A stretch of 64,000 nt of DNA from positions 1,600,001 through 1,664,000 of the forward strand of contig OZ244999.1 in assembly GCA_965223265.1 (NCBI GenBank). The letters run 5' to 3'. The translations under genes were made by a program, and so were the position numbers. This DNA comes from Planctomycetota bacterium. GTDB taxonomy: Bacteria > Planctomycetota > UBA8108 > SXIK01. Position 1 is the first letter of the stretch. Every line of letters begins with the position of its first letter. Of this stretch, positions 1 through 8,426 are shown in pieces. The notes beneath the pieces were generated by a model. It searched no databases. It was not told the origin of the DNA and was given only the letters and a program-made list of their open reading frames with translations.

Positions 1-47
1 GTAACTGGAGGCCGTAAGCCGTGGCTCGGTCTTACGGAGCCAAGTGA

Positions 48-860
48 ATGTACAGCATCGGTGACTTCTCGCGGATGAGCCGACTCTCAGTCAAGACGCT
101 GCGTTTCTATCACGAAAAAGGGCTGCTCATACCCGCGGCGGTCGATGAGCAGACAGGCTATCGCTACTATAGCGACGACAACCTGCTCGTGGCGCGTCTC
201 ATCGTTGCGCTGCGAGACATGGAGTTCTCTTTGAGCGATATCGCGACGATTCTTGCGGACCGCGAACACGACGTGGATCTCGTCGAGCACCTGGAGCGAC
301 AGAAGAAAACGCTTGTCGAGCGACTGACTCACTATCGCGACTTGGTGAAAAAGATCGACGAGGTCATTCGCATGGAACGTCAATCACAGGAGATTGATCA
401 AATGTTCACGGCTTTAGAGGTTCAAGAGCGCACGACAGAGCCCATACTCATCGCGGGGCTCCGCATGAAAGGCAAGTACCACGAGTGCGGCGACGGGTTT
501 TCCAAAATCGCGAAGGAGGTCGGGCGCTACATTTGCGGCAAACCTATGCTGCTGTGCTACGACGACGAGTACCGCGAGGAGGATGCCGATTTCGAACCTT
601 GTTTCCCGATCCGCAAGGAGGTGTCAGTGTCTGGTCTTGACGTGCGGAGACTCCCTAACTGTCGCTGCGTCACCTTGGTGCATCAAGGTCCCTACGATAC
701 ACTGAACCGATCTTACTCCGTCGCGTTGGGCCATGCACGGCAGCAAGGCTACGAGCTCGCTGTGCCATCACGCGAGGTCTACCTCAGAGGCCCAGGTATG
801 CTGTGGAAGGGGAATCCGAAGAAGTACTTGACCGAGATTCAATTGCCAATCGCAGAGTGA
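48..860 (+). CDS. MerR-family transcriptional regulator with C-terminal GyrI-like effector-binding domain (BmrR-like)
   Basis: N-terminal YSIGDFSRMSRLSVKTLRFYHEKGLL..GYRYY MerR HTH; C-terminal HQGPY...SREVYL...TEIQLP GyrI-like motif. Confidence 0.92.
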   Translation: MYSIGDFSRMSRLSVKTLRFYHEKGLLIPAAVDEQTGYRYYSDDNLLVARLIVALRDMEFSLSDIATILADREHDVDLVEHLERQKKTLVERLTHYRDLVKKIDEVIRMERQSQEIDQMFTALEVQERTTEPILIAGLRMKGKYHECGDGFSKIAKEVGRYICGKPMLLCYDDEYREEDADFEPCFPIRKEVSVSGLDVRRLPNCRCVTLVHQGPYDTLNRSYSVALGHARQQGYELAVPSREVYLRGPGMLWKGNPKKYLTEIQLPIAE

Positions 861-866
861 CACGTG

Positions 867-1343
867 ATGGCGAAGAAAAAGTCATGGCAGGAAAAGCTGG
901 CGGACGACAAGGACCTTCCCAAGGTCGAAAAGATCACGGGTAAGATGTCGACGCGCTGGGGTCGAGGCACGGTCGTGATCCCGGCGCCGCGTGAGGTCGA
1001 CGCCGCCATGCGCAAGGTCAGGCGCGGCAGACTCACAACCATCGACCAGATTCGAGAAGTCTTGGCCGAGAAGCACGGCGCGACCATCGCTTGTCCGATG
1101 ACCACGGGCATCTTTGCCTGGATCGCGGCGCACGCGGCTGACGAAGCGGAGAGTGCTGGGCGCAAGCGCATCACCCCGTACTGGCGAACGCTCAAGGCCG
1201 GGGGACAGTTGAATCCTAAATACCCTGGAGGCGAAGAGAACGTTGTCGCTCGGCTAGAGGCCGAAGGGCACAAGATCGTGAAAAAGGGGAAACGTTACCT
1301 CGTCGAGGACTTCGAGCGCTCCCTCATCAAGGTGAAGCTATAG
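867..1343 (+). CDS. MGMT-family / alkyltransferase-like DNA-binding protein
   Basis: VRRGRLTT..IACPMTTG..ITPYWR..G.LNPKYPGG..LEAEG resembles the MGMT C-terminal domain, with PYWR in place of catalytic PCHR. Confidence 0.75.
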   Translation: MAKKKSWQEKLADDKDLPKVEKITGKMSTRWGRGTVVIPAPREVDAAMRKVRRGRLTTIDQIREVLAEKHGATIACPMTTGIFAWIAAHAADEAESAGRKRITPYWRTLKAGGQLNPKYPGGEENVVARLEAEGHKIVKKGKRYLVEDFERSLIKVKL

Positions 1344-1414
1344 CTTCGAGCGGAGGCTCGTTCCACTGAGACGCGCCGAGACGTGCCCGACGGTGGCGAA
1401 ACGAAAGCCAGCCA

Positions 1415-3052
1415 CTAATCGATCCTCTTGCTCACCACGCCGCTCGGCCTCCAACCGATGCGGTGTGCTCGCGCGTTGATCGTGGTGCCGGACGCAATCG
1501 GAAAAGGCTTGGAATAGAGTAACCACCGATCCTCCGCGCTGCCGTCGATCTGGTAGGCGATGGAAGCTCCCTCGCTGGCGCCGGCGATGCGGACGACACG
1601 CATCGCGCCGTCGCGACGCAGCAACTCGACTGTCGGGAGAGCGGTCTCGGGTTGGTCGCCTTCGGGAGGCCAGAGCTTTTTGATGAGCTCTTTCTCCGGG
1701 ATGTGCCCGAGGTCGCGATAGCGTTCAGTCCACATCTCATGTGCGCGTCGTAGCTCGGCGAGTTTCTCGAAGTGGAGCGGGTCAGATGCCAGGTTGTGGA
1801 TCTCGTGCGGGTCCACCTCAGTGTCGTAGAGCTCTTCGAGGGGTTTCCGTGTGGCGGAGAGTTGCCACTGCTTCGGCCCGAGCTTTCCCGCCTTCGTGAG
1901 TCGATGGATCTCCTGCATGATCGCAGCCTGATCGCGGTAAGGGATGTAACCGATGTAAGGAAGGTCGGGGCGATAGTTCCGCACGTACTTAAAGCGCGCG
2001 TCGCGGACGGCGCGGATGGTCTCGGGAGCCGGATCCATGCGGTCGCGTGCGGCGTAAATGTATTTGCGTCCTGCTTTCTTCTGGTCACCAAGAAAGGCTC
2101 TGCCTTCCATGTGCGCGGGAATTGGAACTCCTGCGAGCGAGAGCACGGTCGGAGCGAAGTCCACAAAGCTGACGAGGTCGTCACTGGTCGATCCAGCGCC
2201 TCGACCGTCAGGGAAGCGGACGATGAGCGGAACGCGAATGCCGGAATCGTAGACCCAGCGCTTCATGCGCGGCAGACCGTCACCGTGGTCGCTGAAGAAA
2301 AAGACGATCGTCTCGTCGGCGAGGCCGTCTTCTTCGAGTTCCTGCAGAACGCGGGCGATCTGCCCGTCCATCGCGGCGATGTTGTCGTAGTGCCGTGCCA
2401 CATCGCGGCGCACAATGGGCGTGTCGGGATAGTAGGGCGGTAGTTCAACTCTCGCCGGGTCAGTGACGACCGGAGAGCGCTGTTTGAAGGTGCCGCTCTC
2501 ATGTGTCACCGTGAAGTTGAACACGGCGAAGAACGGCATGTCGCCCTTTGGCCGATTTCGCCAGTGAGCGGTCTTCGAGCTCTCGTCCCATGCTGTGATC
2601 GGTGGTATGAACTGGTAGTCGGTTTTCACGTTGTTCGTGCAGTAGTACCCTGCGGCACGTAGGTACTCTGTGAAGCATCGGGCCTCCGGTGGCGGGACGG
2701 CTTCGTACGTGGGGATCGCGAGGAGTTTCGGGTCGGTGATCCTGTGGAGCGACGCGGTGCGCTTCCAGGTGCGCATCGCCATAGCTCCGGTGGACGTCGG
2801 GTACATTCCCATGATCAGCGCATGTCGATTCGGAGCGCAGACGCCGTAAACACCAAAAGCCCGCGTATAGCGGAGGCCTTCACTCGCCAGTCGGTCAACG
2901 CTCGGTGTCGGCACGGTCTGGTCGCCGTAACAGCCCAAACGAGGGCTCATGTCCTCGACGGTGATCCAGAGGATGTTCAGCGGCGCAGCCTGAAGCGGAG
3001 CCGCTAGCGTCGCTATCGCGACGAGGAGGATAAGTCGTAGCTCTAGGTGCAC
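1415..3052 (-). CDS. Secreted sulfatase (formylglycine-dependent)
   Basis: NILWITVED, CAPNR FGly motif, FSDHG, EELYD..DPHE.HNLA; signal peptide follows GTG at 3052 (start uncertain, ORF open to 3175). Confidence 0.92.
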   Translation of the reverse strand: MHLELRLILLVAIATLAAPLQAAPLNILWITVEDMSPRLGCYGDQTVPTPSVDRLASEGLRYTRAFGVYGVCAPNRHALIMGMYPTSTGAMAMRTWKRTASLHRITDPKLLAIPTYEAVPPPEARCFTEYLRAAGYYCTNNVKTDYQFIPPITAWDESSKTAHWRNRPKGDMPFFAVFNFTVTHESGTFKQRSPVVTDPARVELPPYYPDTPIVRRDVARHYDNIAAMDGQIARVLQELEEDGLADETIVFFFSDHGDGLPRMKRWVYDSGIRVPLIVRFPDGRGAGSTSDDLVSFVDFAPTVLSLAGVPIPAHMEGRAFLGDQKKAGRKYIYAARDRMDPAPETIRAVRDARFKYVRNYRPDLPYIGYIPYRDQAAIMQEIHRLTKAGKLGPKQWQLSATRKPLEELYDTEVDPHEIHNLASDPLHFEKLAELRRAHEMWTERYRDLGHIPEKELIKKLWPPEGDQPETALPTVELLRRDGAMRVVRIAGASEGASIAYQIDGSAEDRWLLYSKPFPIASGTTINARAHRIGWRPSGVVSKRID

Positions 3053-3335
3053 GTCGGGCTCCAATGTTGTGCGACGCGATGCCATGCGGGGGTCCAATCG
3101 GCGCTTTTTCCTTCGCATTCGACGACTCCTCGTTTGTGGCACCGCTACACCACGGTAACGGTCATCGCAACGCATGTCTCGCGATCAAACTTGTATGCCA
3201 CGTCGAAAAGAGGTGTGCAGCCTCACCAGTTCCGCATAGCTCGGCAGGCTACTCGAGGGTGGCTCGTCCGTTGGCCGATCACGGAAGAGAAAGGTAACTC
3301 GTGATCAACGCTAAGACACAGGAGAGATTTTGAAC

Positions 3336-3364
3336 TTGACAATATCCCCGGCCGCGTCGAGACT
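3336..3364 (+). promoter_or_regulatory. Putative sigma70 promoter (TTGACA-17-GAGACT), possibly giving a leaderless mRNA
   Basis: Perfect -35 hexamer, 17-bp spacer, -10-like hexamer 8 nt before ATG at 3373. Confidence 0.35.
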
Positions 3365-3372
3365 CAATGTGT

Positions 3373-3774
3373 ATGAGTGAGAACACTCCGCTTCAATCGG
3401 TGGCCAGGACGAACCGAAGCCACCATCTGTTCGCGTGCCTGCTGATCGGTTTGATCGCTGCCCTCGTTTTGCCCACTGGCATCGCCTTCCTTGCTGTCGC
3501 TGGCTATTTTGTCTGCTGTGCCGTCTACCATTTCGCGGTGTCGGTGTTGCTTGCGGCTCGCAAGATCGAAACTGGTCGCTTGTCTGCCCGCTCGCCGTTG
3601 GGGCAGAGTTTCTACGCTCTGGCGTCCGCAGGGTGCGGCGCCATAGCACTGCTTCCGCAGGGACTATCGAGCGGAATCGGGTGGCTCATTGGCGCGGCGA
3701 CCTTGCTGTTTCTCGTCGCGGGCTCCTTTGTAGAGCGCAAAGCCGCGTGTCAGAGTCCGTCGAGATCTCACTGA
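3373..3774 (+). CDS. Hypothetical small membrane protein (about 4 TM)
   Basis: Hydrophobic segments; putative promoter directly upstream. Confidence 0.55.
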   Translation: MSENTPLQSVARTNRSHHLFACLLIGLIAALVLPTGIAFLAVAGYFVCCAVYHFAVSVLLAARKIETGRLSARSPLGQSFYALASAGCGAIALLPQGLSSGIGWLIGAATLLFLVAGSFVERKAACQSPSRSH

Positions 3775-4120
3775 GCGTTTCAGCTCGTTTCGGATGACTT
3801 CGTCGAATGGGCTCGCGTTGAAGCCGAAACGTGCTTTGTGCCGCACTCATCGATAGCTGAAGTTTTGGGGCAGCCGGTGCTACGCCGTTGTGGTGGTTGG
3901 GTTATCCCAGCGCCTGTAAAGAAATGACGGGCGAGAAACACCTTCGGCTCGGCGATAGCACGCCATGAACGACGTTTGAGCCGCGCCAAGATGCTCACGG
4001 ACGGTGACGTCCGCGCCGAGTGCGGCGCGTTTCGAAACGACGCTACTGACGCGCTCTTCGCCGCCCTTACATTTTTTGCAGGCGGGGCGACCCGAGTTGA
4101 TCATAGCTGTGGTTTCGACG

Positions 4121-5698
4121 TCACGCGCGACGTGGGAGCTCTGCCGGTGTGATGTGACTGAGGCGTGGAAGGATTTCCTTGAGCCACTCCTCATGCTCCG
4201 GCTTGATGGTGCAGGCTCGAATGCAGACGATCGCGTTGACGTCCCAAAGTTTCACGGGGCCGGCACGCTCGCAGACGCCTCGCGACAGCTTGACGAGCGC
4301 CAAGTGAAGCTCTTGGCGCTTTGCCGACTCGACGAATGCGCGCGCCAGATTCGAGGCCTTTGACGCGGTCTCGGCCTCGATCGCCCAGACCACTACGTCG
4401 AGCTCCGGTGCCGCGATGGGGACAAGACCCGGTGTTTGCTCTACGTGCGCGTGCAGACCCCGCGCAGCTCGCAAGCAACGCTCGAGTCCATCTGAGAACT
4501 CTCCACCCGGCACTGGCGGCGACAACTCGTGCGTCGCCCAGAGGGCCACCGCTGCGGCGCCCGATCTTGAGCATTCGAACGCGCTTTCCCCGAGACTGGA
4601 TTGTTCGGCGGTCTCAAGCTTCCGTGCGCGATCGTTGCGTTTCCTGCCGTCACGGATGCTCGTGGCGTTTGCGTCAACCTCGAATGTGCCGCAACTTTCG
4701 ACTCCGTCGCCGCCCGAGATTCCCTCGGCTGTCGTGTCTGTGCTGTGTGTACCGCACGGGCCAGCACCATCAGCCACGTCATCATCACACGCTACCGCCA
4801 CATAGTACGGTGCCGATTCCTGGCGATAGAACCGCGCCACCGCCGGATCACGGAAGAGCACGCAGCCACAGCCGTACGGCTGGAGCCCGTGCTTGTGCGG
4901 ATCGACGACGATGGAATCGGCCTCGCTCACGGCATCGAACGCGCGTCTCGCAACGCTGCTCGCGTTCGACGCCAGCACGAAGTAGCCGCCATACGCCGCG
5001 TCGACGTGGAGACGGAAATCGAACCGTTCGCGTAGAGCCGAAATCTCTGCCAGCGGATCCACTGCGCCAAGCGCGGTGGTGCCGAGCGTTGCTACGACCG
5101 TGCTGACCTCGCCGGTCGCGAGCAGCGCGGTGAGGGCTCCCACGTCCATGCGACCTCGGTCATCCACTGCGACCTTTCTCAACGGTACCGCAAGCATGCG
5201 ACTGGCTCGCTGGTGGCAAATGTGTGCTTGCTCGGACACCGCGATCGCCTGCCCCGGCGAGAGCTCCCGCGCCACCCAAAGTGCCTCGAAGTTCGCCACC
5301 GTGCCGCCGCTGGTGAGATGCCCGAGGTGCGTTTGCCAACCAAACATCGCCGCCAGCGCTGCGACCGCCTCCCTCTCCATTTTGGAACTCACGCGCCCGC
5401 CGTCGGCCGAGTGATTGTTCGGGTTCAGCCACAGCGCCAGCGAGTAAGCCAATCGCGCAACGGGATGCGGCGGTTTCTGCATGTGCCCGACGTAGAGCGG
5501 GTGGTGGTACGGCGTCTCCGCGCTTAAACGCTCCGCCACTCGCACCAGCACTTCTCGCATCGACGCCCGCTCGTCCGAGGAGTTCGACGAGGTGTTCGTT
5601 CTGCGCGAAGTGCTTAGGCTTGGCAGGTCATCGAAACCGGCCACTAGGCGTGCCACCGCTGCCTTCAGATCGTCGAGTTCTTGGAAGTCAAAGTTCAT
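4121..5698 (-). CDS. PLP-dependent group II amino acid decarboxylase
   Basis: HPLYVGHM, TSGGTVAN, GTT..GAVD, HVDAAYGG, DSIVVDPHK (PLP lysine). Confidence 0.9.
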   Translation of the reverse strand: MNFDFQELDDLKAAVARLVAGFDDLPSLSTSRRTNTSSNSSDERASMREVLVRVAERLSAETPYHHPLYVGHMQKPPHPVARLAYSLALWLNPNNHSADGGRVSSKMEREAVAALAAMFGWQTHLGHLTSGGTVANFEALWVARELSPGQAIAVSEQAHICHQRASRMLAVPLRKVAVDDRGRMDVGALTALLATGEVSTVVATLGTTALGAVDPLAEISALRERFDFRLHVDAAYGGYFVLASNASSVARRAFDAVSEADSIVVDPHKHGLQPYGCGCVLFRDPAVARFYRQESAPYYVAVACDDDVADGAGPCGTHSTDTTAEGISGGDGVESCGTFEVDANATSIRDGRKRNDRARKLETAEQSSLGESAFECSRSGAAAVALWATHELSPPVPGGEFSDGLERCLRAARGLHAHVEQTPGLVPIAAPELDVVVWAIEAETASKASNLARAFVESAKRQELHLALVKLSRGVCERAGPVKLWDVNAIVCIRACTIKPEHEEWLKEILPRLSHITPAELPRRA

Positions 5699-6111
5699 TG
5701 TTGTTCCTCGCCGTGCGCGAGTTCTTCGGTTTTGTCGGCAGATTTTGTCTCGATCACGGTGCGCCGCTGCCCGTTTTCCGTTTTCGTTTCGTTCGCACCC
5801 TCTGCCGACGCGGCCCGAGCCGTGCGAGCAGCGCCACAGTTTGCCTCAATCCAGAGAGGAAGTCGCCAGGAGAAACGATGGGCGGCGCTCACGGAGAAAC
5901 GACGATCGACGATCGCGCCGGCGGCGTTGCCGTGAACTTCGAGGAATCATCGAATCGTCCGATGGGACGTCGGGTTCGCAGTCGAGTTCGAGGCCACGAG
6001 ACGCGCCTGTGACCTGACGAGCGCGAACACCACTCGTCAGCTCCAGCGTCCGAGCTTTGCGGGTCGGTACGGGCTGGATTTCTCTTTCCTCGCGAGCCCG
6101 TACTCTGCACT

Positions 6112-6417
6112 ATGGACATCGGTTCGGCGGTCACCCACAGTCGTTGCAGCGGCGCCTCGCGCTGCAGATGCTGCATCGTCCGGGAGGCCGAAGCGCTTTT
6201 CTCGCTCAGCGGGCGCTTCTATGCCGACGACGGGGTCATTCGCGTAAGGTCACCTACGAACGCGAGAGCATTGCTCTGGCGTTTTCGTGAGGTAGTCAAA
6301 CTAGGAATGGAGGACACCGGCCGTCTTGCCGAAGAGTCTTTCAGGCTGGTTGTTTTAGTGGGGACCGCAGAGACAACGGGAGCGCGCCATGTCTCTACCG
6401 CCGGGTTGGTACAGTGA
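6112..6417 (+). CDS. Hypothetical small Cys-rich protein
   Basis: ORF overlapping the next gene by 29 nt; no recognisable domain. Confidence 0.3.
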   Translation: MDIGSAVTHSRCSGASRCRCCIVREAEALFSLSGRFYADDGVIRVRSPTNARALLWRFREVVKLGMEDTGRLAEESFRLVVLVGTAETTGARHVSTAGLVQ

Positions 6418-7156
6418 TCTGCTGCATCGCGCCGATCTCGACGCATCGTTCGTCGCCCTTCTGGGGCACGACTGCGGGCAGAGTGAGCTCATGCGGGGTC
6501 GCATCCGATCTCTTCAGATGCGCCCCTCGGCGGCGCAGGCCCATTTTGTCCGAGCCGCACAGGTGATCTCGACCGCGGCCGAAGACATTCCTACCGTCTG
6601 TCTGCGTTTCATCGTCCAGGCGTACACGCTTGAAAACGCTCTGGTGCTCGAGCCTCCAACCAGGGACGCTGAAGTCCCACCCGCGAGCCGGTTCAACGTG
6701 CCCGGGAACGTTTTGGACGAGTACCCGGAGCTCCGCCAAGCTCTAGCGCTTTATCAGTGGGTTCGAGGAATCGCGTTCCTGAACGCAGGCGATGCGCGGG
6801 CCGCGGAACGTGTGCTGTCCGATTTGGTCGGTGCAAGCGACCGTTCGGACTCGGGGGCGCTTCATCGAATCGCGTTGGCGTGCGCGCAGCTCAATCGAGG
6901 ACGTCGAAAGGCATGCGATGAGACGCTGGCGAGCGCGATCGAACGTCTGACGAGCGAGCCCTTGCTTGTGCAGGTCCATGCCGCCAGTGTCCTCCGGGCT
7001 TTTGGGCGGTATCTCCGCGACGACTCTATTGCGAGTCGCTGGGAACGCGAGCTGCGTTCACTGCCCATTCCCGACGACACTCGGGCAGCGTTTGTAGCGC
7101 GTTCAGATTTGATCCTGGGGCGCTCCGGCGACGAATCCGGACTGATGGTTCTGTAG
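6389..7156 (+). CDS. Hypothetical alpha-helical (TPR-like) protein
   Basis: 255-aa ORF with protein-like composition and helical repeats such as RGIAFLNAGDARAAERVL. Confidence 0.6.
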   Translation: MSLPPGWYSDLLHRADLDASFVALLGHDCGQSELMRGRIRSLQMRPSAAQAHFVRAAQVISTAAEDIPTVCLRFIVQAYTLENALVLEPPTRDAEVPPASRFNVPGNVLDEYPELRQALALYQWVRGIAFLNAGDARAAERVLSDLVGASDRSDSGALHRIALACAQLNRGRRKACDETLASAIERLTSEPLLVQVHAASVLRAFGRYLRDDSIASRWERELRSLPIPDDTRAAFVARSDLILGRSGDESGLMVL

Positions 7157-7263
7157 CAGTCGCGCTGCGTGGCACCCGAGTTCCGAAGGGCTCGCTGCCG
7201 TCGACCACGTCTCCGCCCGCCACGTCGGTGTGGCGACTCAACTCGGACCACCGCTCACGACAG

Positions 7264-8352
7264 CTACACGCGCAGCGGATCCCTCGTCGAAGCGGCCGCC
7301 GAGCCACGAAACCGCCCAGGATCGAGGTCGCGGTACGATTTCGCGCCTCGTATGAAATACTCAAAAAGAATGCTGCCTCGCAGGCGCTGCGAGCACGTAT
7401 GGTCCTTTCGTTGGGCTCTCAAGAACCTTCGCTTTCCAAGCATGACCGGAAGCTTTCGATAGAAACCGAAATGCGCCGCCGCCACTGCGAGTGCATGCCT
7501 TGCCTTCCCCACGGCAAGAAAGCGTACGAGTGCTACACCGTCGAGAAGCGTACGACGCAGGATTCTCACCGTCACGGAAGAATCGTGATCGTTCTTCAGC
7601 AGCATGAACAGACTGTTGCGGAAGTTCAGTAGGGTCTTTCTTGCGCTGCCATACTCAAGTGTGCCTCCTCCAAGATGATACACGTGGGATCCGGCGCAGC
7701 ACCAAATACGGCGTCCTGCATTCTTGAGCCGCCAACACAGATCGATTTCTTCCATATGAGCGAAGAAGTCTTCGTCGAAGCCGCCGGTGTCGTGGAAATC
7801 GCGCGCACGCACGAACAGACAGGCTCCCGAGGCCCAGAAGGCCTCACAGTCTTCGTCGTACTGTTCAGCGTCGGTTTCCCTCTCGTCAAAGAGGCGGCCG
7901 CGGCAGAAGGGATAGCCATCGTCGTCAATGAACCCTCCTGCTGCTCCAGCGTACTCGAATTTGGACGGCTCCGAGAGTGAGAGAATCTTCGGTTGGCATG
8001 CCGCGACTTCGTCGTGCGTTGCCAGAAAATGGGTGCAGGGTTCAAGCCAGCCGTCGGTGACTTCGACGTCGGAGTTGAGAAGTACGTAGATGTCCGCGTC
8101 GATGCGGGAGAGAGCTCGATTGTAGCCAGTGGCGAAACCCAGATTCTGTCCAAGAAGCAGAACCTTGACCTCAGGAACGGAACGCCTAACGAACTCGATC
8201 GACCCGTCGGTCGATCCGTTGTCCGCGACCCACACCTCAGCGCTTCGAGATCGTTCGACAACAGACGGAAGAAAGCGTCTGAGCAGCTCGCAGCCGTTGT
8301 AGTTGAGGATGACGATTGCGATTTTTTGAGCCATTTTTGCGTCAAGGCTCAT
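7264..8352 (-). CDS. Glycosyltransferase family 2 (WbbL-like)
   Basis: IVILNYNG, ADNGSTDGS, NLGFATGYN, LLNSD, GGFDEDFFAHMEEIDLCWR. Confidence 0.93.
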   Translation of the reverse strand: MSLDAKMAQKIAIVILNYNGCELLRRFLPSVVERSRSAEVWVADNGSTDGSIEFVRRSVPEVKVLLLGQNLGFATGYNRALSRIDADIYVLLNSDVEVTDGWLEPCTHFLATHDEVAACQPKILSLSEPSKFEYAGAAGGFIDDDGYPFCRGRLFDERETDAEQYDEDCEAFWASGACLFVRARDFHDTGGFDEDFFAHMEEIDLCWRLKNAGRRIWCCAGSHVYHLGGGTLEYGSARKTLLNFRNSLFMLLKNDHDSSVTVRILRRTLLDGVALVRFLAVGKARHALAVAAAHFGFYRKLPVMLGKRRFLRAQRKDHTCSQRLRGSILFEYFIRGAKSYRDLDPGRFRGSAAASTRDPLRV

Positions 8353-8426
8353 GTCCTATAAGGGACCCTTCTCTCAATTGTCGGCAAACCGAGGACGACT
8401 GGCCACGTTGTCAGACCACCAGTCAC

